A DNA stretch of 64,000 nucleotides from a virus (IMGVR_UViG_3300042992_001693:1-64000); one strand, 5' to 3'; counted from the first letter of the stretch, positions 1-7,509 are shown. Made by a program: numbers and translations. The notes: generated from the letters alone by a model not told the origin.

Positions 1-115
1 CATTGATTAGTTCATGACCACAGGAATCAAGAACAGATTCCATGTCTTCAAAGTTTGGTGCAAGTATTTTCATATATTCTTTCACTTGTGTTAGTTTATT
101 TTAGTTTCTTATTAA

Positions 116-595
116 TCACCAAGATGAAGTATAAAACAATCGTTCTTTATCCCAGTTGGTGTTGTCAATAAGATTAGAAATTTCATCAATTGCTTTTTCA
201 ATACGTTCCCAATAGTATTCATCAACATCAGTTGATCCAAAAAAGAAACCAGAAACTGGCATCATTTCAGAAGGATCATTTTCTGATTTTGTATTCAGTA
301 ATGTTTCCAGCAAATCAATTAAAACATCTTTGTCTAGTTCATAATGTGCGCAGTTGTCGATTCCTACTTGAACATGTGTGACAAACCAATTATGAAGCGC
401 ATTAAATTTGCGCCAATAGGCCACCTGATGAAAGATAGTATAATAGTCTTTAAAAGTATCTGGATATGGTTGATCTAATGGCAAAAACTCTACGATTTTT
501 GGATCGTTTGGATTGGGTTCCCTGTCGAGTTCGTGCAATTCGTCGATGGTGTGTTTGGTCTTTTTGACCTTAAAGATATACATGTCTAGTCCCAT
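116..595 (-). CDS. conserved phage hypothetical protein (MGLDMY N-terminus)
   Basis: 159-aa ORF with a promoter motif 6 nt before the ATG; ends in a GFFFGS...YxSSW pattern typical of a large-phage hypothetical family. Confidence 0.75.
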   Translation of the reverse strand: MGLDMYIFKVKKTKHTIDELHELDREPNPNDPKIVEFLPLDQPYPDTFKDYYTIFHQVAYWRKFNALHNWFVTHVQVGIDNCAHYELDKDVLIDLLETLLNTKSENDPSEMMPVSGFFFGSTDVDEYYWERIEKAIDEISNLIDNTNWDKERLFYTSSW

Positions 596-618
596 GGCTT
601 TATTCTATTTTAGTTTTT
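596..618 (-). promoter_or_regulatory. AAAAACTA-N3-TAGAAT-N6-ATG promoter motif (one of about 16 copies)
   Basis: minus strand reads AAAAACTA AAA TAGAAT AAAGCC ATG. Confidence 0.7.
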
Positions 619-620
619 TA

Positions 621-815
621 TTAGTATCGAAATTCAGTTTCATCAACTGCATCTTTCATTAGTTGTCGAAACAACACACGCCAAGACCTTTCGTTTAGAA
701 TTTCCATTCTTTGTTTATTGATTATTACTTTGCTTTCTTCAAGTTGATCTTTATAAGAAGCTACTTTCTTTTCGAGATATTTGATTCTGTTTTCAGTTTT
801 TTTAGTATCACTCAT
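621..815 (-). CDS. hypothetical protein
   Basis: 64-aa ORF in a tightly packed minus-strand array. Confidence 0.6.
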   Translation of the reverse strand: MSDTKKTENRIKYLEKKVASYKDQLEESKVIINKQRMEILNERSWRVLFRQLMKDAVDETEFRY

Positions 816-1008
816 AAGAAAATGTTTTTACTACTCTGTTTGGATTTTTCATAAGTTTCATAACCATATCTTCTGCGGCTTCCGCTGTCGCCCAAATTCC
901 ATAATCAAAATCTGTAATCCAAAAACAAAGAAACTTAAATTGAATTGCATAGTATATTCTAGCAGTTCGATTGTCTATGCGTTCTACAATTCTATATTGT
1001 TCACTCAT
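808..1008 (-). CDS. hypothetical protein (YRIV...K.L.FW paralog family)
   Basis: shares a motif with 1547..1825 and 15415..15684. Confidence 0.65.
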   Translation of the reverse strand: MSEQYRIVERIDNRTARIYYAIQFKFLCFWITDFDYGIWATAEAAEDMVMKLMKNPNRVVKTFSYE

Positions 1009-1024
1009 TGTTTTCTAGAGTTCC

Positions 1025-1225
1025 TTACTTCAGCTGTATTGTACTTTCCACAAGTTCTGTCACATACAGAGATGGATTCTTGCCTGTTTCTAGTTTCGTT
1101 TCATACCAATCTTCAGCAACTTCTCGATCATCAAATTCTTGTTCTTTTCGCTCTGAATCAAAAGTCCAAGTGAGAATATACTTTACAACCCTATTGTTTT
1201 TAACTTTCGTCATAATTTGCTTCAA
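1025..1225 (-). CDS. hypothetical protein
   Basis: 66-aa ORF collinear with neighbours. Confidence 0.6.
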   Translation of the reverse strand: MKQIMTKVKNNRVVKYILTWTFDSERKEQEFDDREVAEDWYETKLETGKNPSLYVTELVESTIQLK

Positions 1226-1252
1226 GAGTATCAGTATGAACTACATCCTTCA

Positions 1253-1408
1253 TTAGTTTTTGAAAGTTTCTTCGCCATTCTTGTTCATAATACAGAATGT
1301 GTTTTGCTTATGTATTTCAGCATTAGCAACCAGTAAATCATCTTTCAAATCGTCTATCTTTCCTTGAAGACGTTTAATTTTTGCTTCGTGTTTTTTATCG
1401 TCGTTCAT
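1253..1408 (-). CDS. small coiled-coil protein (not in ORF track)
   Basis: MNDDKKHEAKIKRLQGKIDDLKDDLL..., 51 aa; TATAAT lies 5 nt upstream of the ATG. Confidence 0.6.
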   Translation of the reverse strand: MNDDKKHEAKIKRLQGKIDDLKDDLLVANAEIHKQNTFCIMNKNGEETFKN

Positions 1409-1546
1409 ACCTAATTATATCAGTGTTCCTTAATACCAAAGATCATCATCACTAGCTTTATAGATGATATAGCATACTGCAAATGTTGCCAGAGATGCTA
1501 AAACTATTATTGCTATCCACATAATGATTATAGCCATACTCATAAT

Positions 1547-1825
1547 TTAATAGTTCATTTTTGGTTGAGGGTCGTTTGTCAAAACAACTTCTTTTCTCTT
1601 TTTCTTAGGCTGCATCAACTTATCGATGATTGCCAAAGCTTCTTCTTTAGAATTAAACCAACTTTTATAATTAGCAACATCGTCAATGCCAAATATAAAG
1701 GAGTTATTAAGTATGTCAAACCAGAAGCAGAGAACCTTTCTCTCTACATGATAGATCTCTTTGCTATCAACTCCTAACCTCCTTTTAATTATTCGATACG
1801 TTGCCATAATTTTAGTCTTTGTCAC
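1547..1825 (-). CDS. hypothetical protein (YRII...K.L.FW paralog family)
   Basis: YRIIKRR...VERKVLCFWFD. Confidence 0.6.
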   Translation of the reverse strand: MTKTKIMATYRIIKRRLGVDSKEIYHVERKVLCFWFDILNNSFIFGIDDVANYKSWFNSKEEALAIIDKLMQPKKKRKEVVLTNDPQPKMNY

Positions 1826-2201
1826 TATAAGCCTCAGCTAGTTTCTTTGCCGCAAGAGCATACACCTCAAAGAAAGTTTCACGATCTTCTAGTGATAGAT
1901 CTAACACTCGCTCACCTACAGTCTCTAAGAATGTGTCTTCTTCTTTAGTGCTATAGGTAAGATCAGCAATCACTATAATATTCTCTTTGCCTTCAAAGCA
2001 GTTCTTGTGAATGCTACACATATTTTTTCTGACATAATCTCCATCATTCTCCCACCCAAGAACATCAATATATTCTTGCAATTTACCGTATTTACCATTA
2101 GGAAAGTACTTAACAATAACCAGTCTATTGTCTACATCCTCTGGAGGTTTACCAATATAGGTCGGAGGTTGTGCGCCAATGTTGTCAATTCTGATCTTCA
2201 T
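1812..2201 (-). CDS. hypothetical protein
   Basis: 129-aa ORF; promoter motif 7 nt upstream. Confidence 0.7.
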   Translation of the reverse strand: MKIRIDNIGAQPPTYIGKPPEDVDNRLVIVKYFPNGKYGKLQEYIDVLGWENDGDYVRKNMCSIHKNCFEGKENIIVIADLTYSTKEEDTFLETVGERVLDLSLEDRETFFEVYALAAKKLAEAYSDKD

Positions 2202-2235
2202 GATGTGTTTTATATTTTAGTTTTTTATTAATAGA

Positions 2236-2322
2236 TGGTAGCCACGGTCGGGGTCGAACCGACAAGCCGATTAGGGCAACGGATTTTAAGTCCGCAGTGT
2301 TTACCAATTTCACCACGTGGCC
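2236..2322 (-). tRNA. trnL: tRNA-Leu(TAA)
   Basis: GGCCACG/CGTGGCT acceptor, GCGGA-CTTAAAA-TCCGT anticodon arm, long variable arm, GGTTCGAC T-loop, encoded CCA. Confidence 0.95.
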
Positions 2323-2327
2323 ATTTA

Positions 2328-2555
2328 TTATTGTTTATTCATCCAATCAATTACATCATGCAAACCTTCAGATTTATTACCATCTCCATAACTGCAGAAA
2401 TGTTTTCCTGTGGTTTTTTTACCATGCCAAGGATGTTGATCGGTTTTGGTGTTTTGCCAAGTATAGATTTGACCATAAGGTTCATTGTCTTTAGAAACAT
2501 TGATGAATGTTTTGTTGTTTGAACCTTTCAAACGCTTGCTGTAAGTGAGTCGCAT
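2328..2555 (-). CDS. hypothetical protein
   Basis: 75-aa ORF; promoter motif 6 nt upstream. Confidence 0.7.
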   Translation of the reverse strand: MRLTYSKRLKGSNNKTFINVSKDNEPYGQIYTWQNTKTDQHPWHGKKTTGKHFCSYGDGNKSEGLHDVIDWMNKQ

Positions 2556-2576
2556 GTCAGTATGTTAATCTAGTTT

Positions 2577-3212
2577 CTAATTAATGCAATAGAATTTTTT
2601 ATAAACAATTTTCTCTAAACCAAAGTTATTAAGATTTGGAAGTATTGAATTTCTAATAAAGTTTCTTCTGTATTTGGTATCATTGTTTGTAGGATCTTCT
2701 ACAACAAATTCCCAAAGGTTATTATTATCAATGTAGTCTTTTATATTCGACTTTTTTGTTTTCAAAAAAGGACGAATCATTTTATGATTATTATTATGAA
2801 ATTTAGTTGCGATTGGAATGGGTGTGTATTCTGGACAACCTTTTAATGTATTCATCAAATATGATTCAACAGCATCATTGAGATGATGACACACAATAAT
2901 ATCTTTGTTTAGACTAGAAAAAAATTTAAGTCTTTCTTTTCTAAGATGATCTTCAATTCCATGTTTGACATTATCATTAAAGTTAGTTCTTTTACCCAAG
3001 ACTAATTTGATATTATGTTGCGAGCAAAATCTTTCAACAACTCTCTGCATTTTTGCATTTGTTGATTGGAAGTTATGATTGAAGTGACAGGCAGATACTT
3101 TATCTTTGTATAACCTTGATAGCAAGTGTAAACATGCTATAGAATCAATTCCTCCACTTACAGCAACACAAAAATCTTCTTTAGGAATTAATGATCTATC
3201 AAGTCTAATCAT
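2577..3212 (-). CDS. tilS: tRNA(Ile)-lysidine synthetase, minimal catalytic-domain form
   Basis: PP-loop AVSGGIDS, HFNH, R..R..F, HHLND..E, RPFL, EDPTN...YRRNFIR; probable start MIRLDRS at 3212, 1 nt after the upstream stop. Confidence 0.9.
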   Translation of the reverse strand: MIRLDRSLIPKEDFCVAVSGGIDSIACLHLLSRLYKDKVSACHFNHNFQSTNAKMQRVVERFCSQHNIKLVLGKRTNFNDNVKHGIEDHLRKERLKFFSSLNKDIIVCHHLNDAVESYLMNTLKGCPEYTPIPIATKFHNNNHKMIRPFLKTKKSNIKDYIDNNNLWEFVVEDPTNNDTKYRRNFIRNSILPNLNNFGLEKIVYKKFYCIN

Positions 3213-3213
3213 A

Positions 3214-3399
3214 TCAATACATGTTTCCGCTGAACATGTTGCCTTTGGATACATATGTTCCATCAACCTTAGTCAATGTATTACTATTTCCATAAAGACT
3301 ACGAGAAACAATAACACCTCGACTTGAAGGTTTCTTAAACGATTCTGATCTCCAACTGCTTTTGATTACTTTGATAGGTGCTTTGAATTTGTTTGACAT
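3214..3399 (-). CDS. small basic hypothetical protein
   Basis: start reassigned to MSNKFK because AAAAACTA-AGA-TATTAT-N6-ATG precedes it (3400..3422). Confidence 0.6.
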   Translation of the reverse strand: MSNKFKAPIKVIKSSWRSESFKKPSSRGVIVSRSLYGNSNTLTKVDGTYVSKGNMFSGNMY

Positions 3400-3413
3400 G
3401 GCTTTATAATATC

Positions 3414-4091
3414 TTAGTTTTTTATTAGTTTCCAACCACATTTAGTCTGTAGTTGTCTTCCTTGTTTTAAATGATTGAATGCACCTATAGATAATCCTGT
3501 TTTTTTAGACATATCTGTCAAAGATAATTCCAATGTTTCTAAAGTATACACATTAAACCATTTAATTTTATTGAGTTCGTTTTTTGTTAAACTCATTTTA
3601 TTTTTAGAATCTTCTTTGTGTGTATAAGATGGTCTGACATATCCTTTTTGTTTTTTTATCTGCCAACTTTTTTTAGCCCAAGCACTCCTATTTTCTGTTG
3701 TAGCTTTTACCATGTTATTTAAATTTTTATTATTATGCCAATATGTTTTTAAAGATTTTGATATTTTTAATTTAGTTTCTTCTGATGGTATACCACCATT
3801 ACCACCCTCTGTTAGATTATAACCATTAGGAGAAATAGTATTGTGGTTATTTATATAATAAATTTCTTTATCGCAACACTCTTTAATTGAATTACAAGTT
3901 TCTAAAACTTCCCAATCAAAGTTATCAATACCATACTTACGTATTGCTTGTTTAAAAAGATAAAAATAATGTTTATTAGAAGGTGAATTTGCTTTACATA
4001 AATGCGCTTTCTTTCTTTCTTCTAAAGTTTTTGTAGTATATCCTATATACTGTTTTCCATTAATTTTATTAGTAACCATATATACAATCAT
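3414..4091 (-). CDS. GIY-YIG homing endonuclease (free-standing, NUMOD-like tail)
   Basis: IVYMVTNKINGKQYIG, LFKQAIRKYG..NF.WEVLE, E..YI......PNGYN, GG.GG...SEETK.KIS. Confidence 0.9.
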   Translation of the reverse strand: MIVYMVTNKINGKQYIGYTTKTLEERKKAHLCKANSPSNKHYFYLFKQAIRKYGIDNFDWEVLETCNSIKECCDKEIYYINNHNTISPNGYNLTEGGNGGIPSEETKLKISKSLKTYWHNNKNLNNMVKATTENRSAWAKKSWQIKKQKGYVRPSYTHKEDSKNKMSLTKNELNKIKWFNVYTLETLELSLTDMSKKTGLSIGAFNHLKQGRQLQTKCGWKLIKN

Positions 4092-4185
4092 GCTATATTA
4101 TTTAGCACAAAAATATAAAAAATAATATAGAGGTTGTTTATTTTAAACATCTGATTGTTATAATCTAGTTTTTATTTGATAACAA

Positions 4186-4311
4186 TCACCTCCCTTGCTT
4201 GGCATATTTTTTCTTGTAATTTTTTGAATTCTTCAAACGGGAAGATTTCGTTTTGGCATGAATTCCTTTTCTCTTAATTCTGTTGTCGTTTTTTGTTGTT
4301 TTAGTTTTCAT
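4186..4311 (-). CDS. 41-aa highly basic small protein (not in ORF track)
   Basis: MKTKTTKNDNRIKRKGIHAKTKSSRLKNSKNYKKKYAKQGR; preceded by TTGCAT-N16-TATAAT-N6-ATG. Confidence 0.7.
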   Translation of the reverse strand: MKTKTTKNDNRIKRKGIHAKTKSSRLKNSKNYKKKYAKQGR

Positions 4312-4364
4312 AAAGTTATTATATCATTAAAGTTTTAATATGCAAATGTTTTTTATTATAAAGG

Positions 4365-4439
4365 TGGAGCCGATTGTCAGATTCGAACCAACGACCTACT
4401 CATTACAAATGAGTTGCACTACCACTGTGCTAAATCGGC
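4365..4439 (-). tRNA. trnT: tRNA-Thr(TGT)
   Basis: GCCGATT/AATCGGC acceptor, ACTCA-TTTGTAA-TGAGT, GGTTCGAAT, CCA. Confidence 0.95.
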
Positions 4440-4445
4440 TAAAAA

Positions 4446-4521
4446 TGGCTCCAAAGGTTGGGATCGAACCAACGACCTAGAAGTTAACAGCTTCCCGCTC
4501 GTTCCACTGAGCTACTTTGGA
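4446..4521 (-). tRNA. trnN: tRNA-Asn(GTT)
   Basis: TCCAAAG/CTTTGGA acceptor, GGAAG-CTGTTAA-CTTCT, GGTTCGATC, CCA. Confidence 0.95.
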
Positions 4522-4532
4522 GTTAAAAATAC

Positions 4533-4670
4533 TTTCTATTGCTGAAGAAGCTTTGGTCTTAAAGACACCACTCGTTTATCCTTCTGTCACTTTTCTGCTA
4601 GTAGAGGCTCGTCGGAGATTTCCAATCTGCTTTCCCAACATACTTCGGGCGATAAAGACCACAATAGAAA
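4533..4670 (-). ncRNA. candidate structured RNA A (unknown family)
   Basis: nested closing stems TTTCTATTG/CAATAGAAA and TGGTCTT/AAGACCA, inner GTTGG/CCGAC and AGATT-GGA-AATCT; GC-richer island upstream of tRNA-Asn. Confidence 0.5.
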
Positions 4671-4677
4671 AAAGAAA

Positions 4678-5856
4678 TTATATATCATCTATTACTTGTA
4701 ATGGAAAATATCCAGATTTATGATTAAAATTTGGATACATTTTTACCATTATTCTTGTAATTGGCAGTCCGTCTGTTTTTATTTTACCCTTTTCACCATA
4801 TATTTTTAAATGTTTGTGACAAACTAATAAATCTCTTTTAAAATCACTTAATTTGACCATCTGACCATTTTCAAACTTTACAATTTTTTGACCATCGAGA
4901 ATTTCACCATACATTTTGTCGTCATATTGATGTATTTCATTAAACTCTGTATTGAATATATACCCATCCCCTGGAATAATAGTGTATATATCATTCTTTT
5001 GCATGTTTTCTAGCAGTTTTAATGTCTCATATTGAGACATTTTTTCTTCTAACAGTGGGATAATGTTGGCTGTTCCGTTTGAATTTGTAGTGTAATAATA
5101 CATTGAGATATTTTTAGGTAAATTCAGATATTTAACATAATTCAAAGCTCTATTTTTATCTATTTTATTTTTATTTTTTGCTATATCTTCAAAGTTTAAG
5201 TTTTTAAGATATTCATATTCATGAATAAAACTTATTTTTCTAGCTTTAATATCCATATAACTATTCAAAAGTTTAGGAATATCTGTATTGTAAAATGTAT
5301 GCATTTTTTCATTTCCTACTATTTTATAAAGATCATGTATACTGCTGTGTTTAATATTACTAACATCTACACTGTATTCATATTCACCAGATCTTGTTTT
5401 TGGATATAAAAAAATAAAACGTTCTCCGTGCTCATCATCTACTTCTTCTATATAAATTAATTTGTTTATTTTAGATTCAATATTTTTTAATTTTATATTA
5501 ATAGTTTTTAATATATTATTTATGCGCTCATCTAAATATTTTTTTCTTTTTTTATATTCTTCGATTTTATTGTCGTCTAAATCATAATCATCTTCTCTAA
5601 AATCATCTATTCCGATTAATATAGCCGTTGGTTTTTTATTTAAATGTTGTAATACTATACCTTCATTTGAATTATATTCTTTGGTCTTATATTTTATAGA
5701 TTTATTATCATACATTAAAGTTATTCCATAACCAGTGAATGATTGATTTGGTAATCTTGAATCTATGCTCACATTGGTTCCTCTGCGCAACCCATTTTTT
5801 AAAATAAATTCTAAGTCATCTTCATTACGTAATGTATGTATGATACCATCAATCAT
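4678..5856 (-). CDS. late-promoter hypothetical protein, possible ADP-ribosyltransferase-like N-terminus
   Basis: 392 aa; TAAATA-N6-ATG; N-terminal IIHTL...ILKNGL pattern. Confidence 0.55.
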   Translation of the reverse strand: MIDGIIHTLRNEDDLEFILKNGLRRGTNVSIDSRLPNQSFTGYGITLMYDNKSIKYKTKEYNSNEGIVLQHLNKKPTAILIGIDDFREDDYDLDDNKIEEYKKRKKYLDERINNILKTINIKLKNIESKINKLIYIEEVDDEHGERFIFLYPKTRSGEYEYSVDVSNIKHSSIHDLYKIVGNEKMHTFYNTDIPKLLNSYMDIKARKISFIHEYEYLKNLNFEDIAKNKNKIDKNRALNYVKYLNLPKNISMYYYTTNSNGTANIIPLLEEKMSQYETLKLLENMQKNDIYTIIPGDGYIFNTEFNEIHQYDDKMYGEILDGQKIVKFENGQMVKLSDFKRDLLVCHKHLKIYGEKGKIKTDGLPITRIMVKMYPNFNHKSGYFPLQVIDDI

Positions 5857-5897
5857 TGTTTTTATTTAATAAAGCACAATAGAAAAACATAGAAAAT

Positions 5898-5994
5898 GAT
5901 TTGCCCATAGCATTTCGGCCTACGACTCATCAAGGGCTGTGACTATCTAGGGAACCGCTCCTAGCAACGTCATACTTTATCGCGCATGAATACG
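5898..5994 (-). ncRNA. candidate structured RNA D (3' trailer of the atypical CAT tRNA)
   Basis: serial hairpins TCATGC/GTATGA, TGAC..CTAGG/CCTAG..GTCA, GCCC/GGGC. Confidence 0.35.
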
Positions 5995-5996
5995 AA

Positions 5997-6067
5997 TTGC
6001 GAGGGGAAGGAATTTAACCTTCACTCTAGACTATGGGCCTAGCGATCTCCGTATGATCCCTCTCGCA
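5997..6067 (-). tRNA. atypical tRNA with CAT anticodon (Met/Ile2-like, possibly degenerate)
   Basis: TGCGAG/CTCGCA acceptor, GATC/GATC D-stem, CTAGG-CCCATAG-TCTAG, GAAGG-TTAAATT-CCTTC; C33, no TTC in T-loop, no encoded CCA. Confidence 0.7.
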
Positions 6068-6072
6068 AAGTG

Positions 6073-6265
6073 TTTTCCCCACTACCGAATAATTAACCAA
6101 GCGGAGCTTTGATCAATTTGAAGAAACACAGTGACTATTTCATCTTGGTAGCGACTCCAAGCCTACTTTAATTTATGTCGGATTACGTTTGTCATCATCG
6201 GGTTGCTAACCCGCTCTCTGTCAACTCGCTCATTGTAGTGTCTTTGCCTACAATGGCAGGGAAAA
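6073..6265 (-). ncRNA. candidate structured RNA C (~190 nt, multibranch)
   Basis: closing TTTTCCC-TGCC/GGTAG-T-GGGGAAAA; hairpins CATTGTAG/CTACAATG, CGGGTT/AACCCG, CTTGG/CCAAG; no ORF. Confidence 0.55.
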
Positions 6266-6270
6266 AATGA

Positions 6271-6370
6271 TGGGGTTATTCTCATATCATTATTAAAACC
6301 GTGCGCTGTTTAGTATGCATCCATCAAGCGTAGAGGGTATGAGGAGAATAAAGTCGCTAAACTCTGCCCC
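6271..6370 (-). ncRNA. candidate structured RNA B (~100 nt rod with possible pseudoknot)
   Basis: GGGG/CCCCA ends, TTATTCTC(CTC)ATA/TATGAGAATAA stem, GTTTAG/CTAAAC cross-pairing. Confidence 0.5.
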
Positions 6371-6390
6371 ATTGAAAATTATTAACTGTT

Positions 6391-6813
6391 TTATGAAAAC
6401 AGCCACTGCCAATCTTCTGGCATGTCAGAAATATTTAAAACTTTAGCTTTTATTTTAGTTATTTTATTTGTAATTGCTTTTTGAAGTCTGTGATGCCCAT
6501 CTAAAATTGACTGCTTTCCGTTGTTTTTATTTAAAATTAAAATTGGATAGTCAAGATTAGCTTTTTGAATATTAGCTAATGTTTCGGGATCAGTTTTAGT
6601 TTGGTGAAGAGCTAAAGGCTTAAGACTATCAACATTTATTTCTGATATAGGCATATCCTTAGAAAAAGCAAACAAATCACTAATAGTTACTTTAACTAAT
6701 TTACCGTCATTTGTTGTATCTTCCCAACTAGTCTCTTGCCAATTATCACCGTGCATGCTTTCAATAATCTTACTATATGCTTCACTAAGTAAAATTTGAT
6801 CTCTGTGTTTCAT
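6391..6813 (-). CDS. ParB/Srx-like domain protein
   Basis: DLDYPIL...ILDGHHRL.KA; TAAATA-N5-ATG late promoter; N-terminal LLSEAY..IIE motif. Confidence 0.7.
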   Translation of the reverse strand: MKHRDQILLSEAYSKIIESMHGDNWQETSWEDTTNDGKLVKVTISDLFAFSKDMPISEINVDSLKPLALHQTKTDPETLANIQKANLDYPILILNKNNGKQSILDGHHRLQKAITNKITKIKAKVLNISDMPEDWQWLFS

Positions 6814-6830
6814 TATTATATTTATTAGAT

Positions 6831-6905
6831 TGGTGCGGGATATCAGAGTTGAACTGATCTCTCAAGTTTGGAAAACTCACATATTAGCCGATATACGAAT
6901 CCCGC
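6831..6905 (-). tRNA. trnG: tRNA-Gly(TCC)
   Basis: GCGGGAT/ATCCCGC acceptor, TGAGT-TTTCCAA-ACTTG, AGTTCAACT, CCA. Confidence 0.9.
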
Positions 6906-6910
6906 GAAAA

Positions 6911-6996
<86 letters not shown>

Positions 6997-7023
6997 AATA
7001 ATAAAATTGGTGGACGCGAGGAG

Positions 7024-7233
7024 CATCACACTATGGTTTTCACCACCAGATTTCTCTGTTTGTGCGCTGGACTATGCCTTTACCTTAGTATTTTTACTTT
7101 AGGTAGGTGATTATAGTCTCTACACCTTCTCATTATCTGAGCTTGGCTCGGCATTGGGACGGATATTATTCCAGACCGTTCACCGAATTTACACCTTACT
7201 AACTATTCGTTTCCAAATAGCAGACCCTCATTA
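7024..7233 (-). mobile_element. group I intron (IC3-like, no ORF), 210 nt, in the tmRNA T-loop
   Basis: P AAATTCGGTGAA, Q AATGCCGAGCCAAGC, R GAAGGTGTAGAGACTA, S AAGGCATAGTCC; P3 AGGTG/CACCT, P7 GACTA/TAGTC, P8 TACCT/AGGTA, GAAA-capped P2 and P9; upstream exon ends in U, intron ends in G. Confidence 0.92.
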
Positions 7234-7428
7234 AGTTGAACTCCTGTCCTCTATCAACTTACATTAACCTTCAAACATGCTTATATTGTCTCGTTAAGGT
7301 GAGACTTTCCTGTTAGGGACGACCGATTTCTCTGCCATCCTCCACCAATGTATTAGACAGAATACATACTGTTTTATTACCTGTTTTGTATCCAAGAGCA
7401 GAGCAGGTTTATCTCTTGGCGTATTTGC

Positions 7429-7509
7429 TTAGGCAGCTAAAGCAAGTTCGCCTTGTGGGGCGAAAACGCGATTAGCAATACCACGCACAGCGTTAACAAT
7501 TCTGTTGCC
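7429..7509 (-). other. tmRNA tag reading frame (A)GNRIVNAVRGIANRVFAPQGELALAA*
   Basis: ATAAAC resume context followed by GGC; 26 codons ending GCT GCC TAA. Confidence 0.85.

Noticed and set aside
4560-4660. SAM-I riboswitch (TTATC...GATAA) or SRP RNA
   Set aside because: Only the P1-like ends match; the kink-turn, GCAACC/GGTGC core and SRP helix-8 motif are absent, and no metabolic gene follows
5903-5937. Hammerhead ribozyme (TTGATGAG...CGAAA)
   Set aside because: Position 3 is T rather than C, stem II has a T/C mismatch, and no stem III/NUH arrangement could be built; kept only as part of candidate D
6073-6370. RNase P RNA or a second group I intron
   Set aside because: No GAGGAAAGUCC/CR-V motifs and no P/Q/R/S elements
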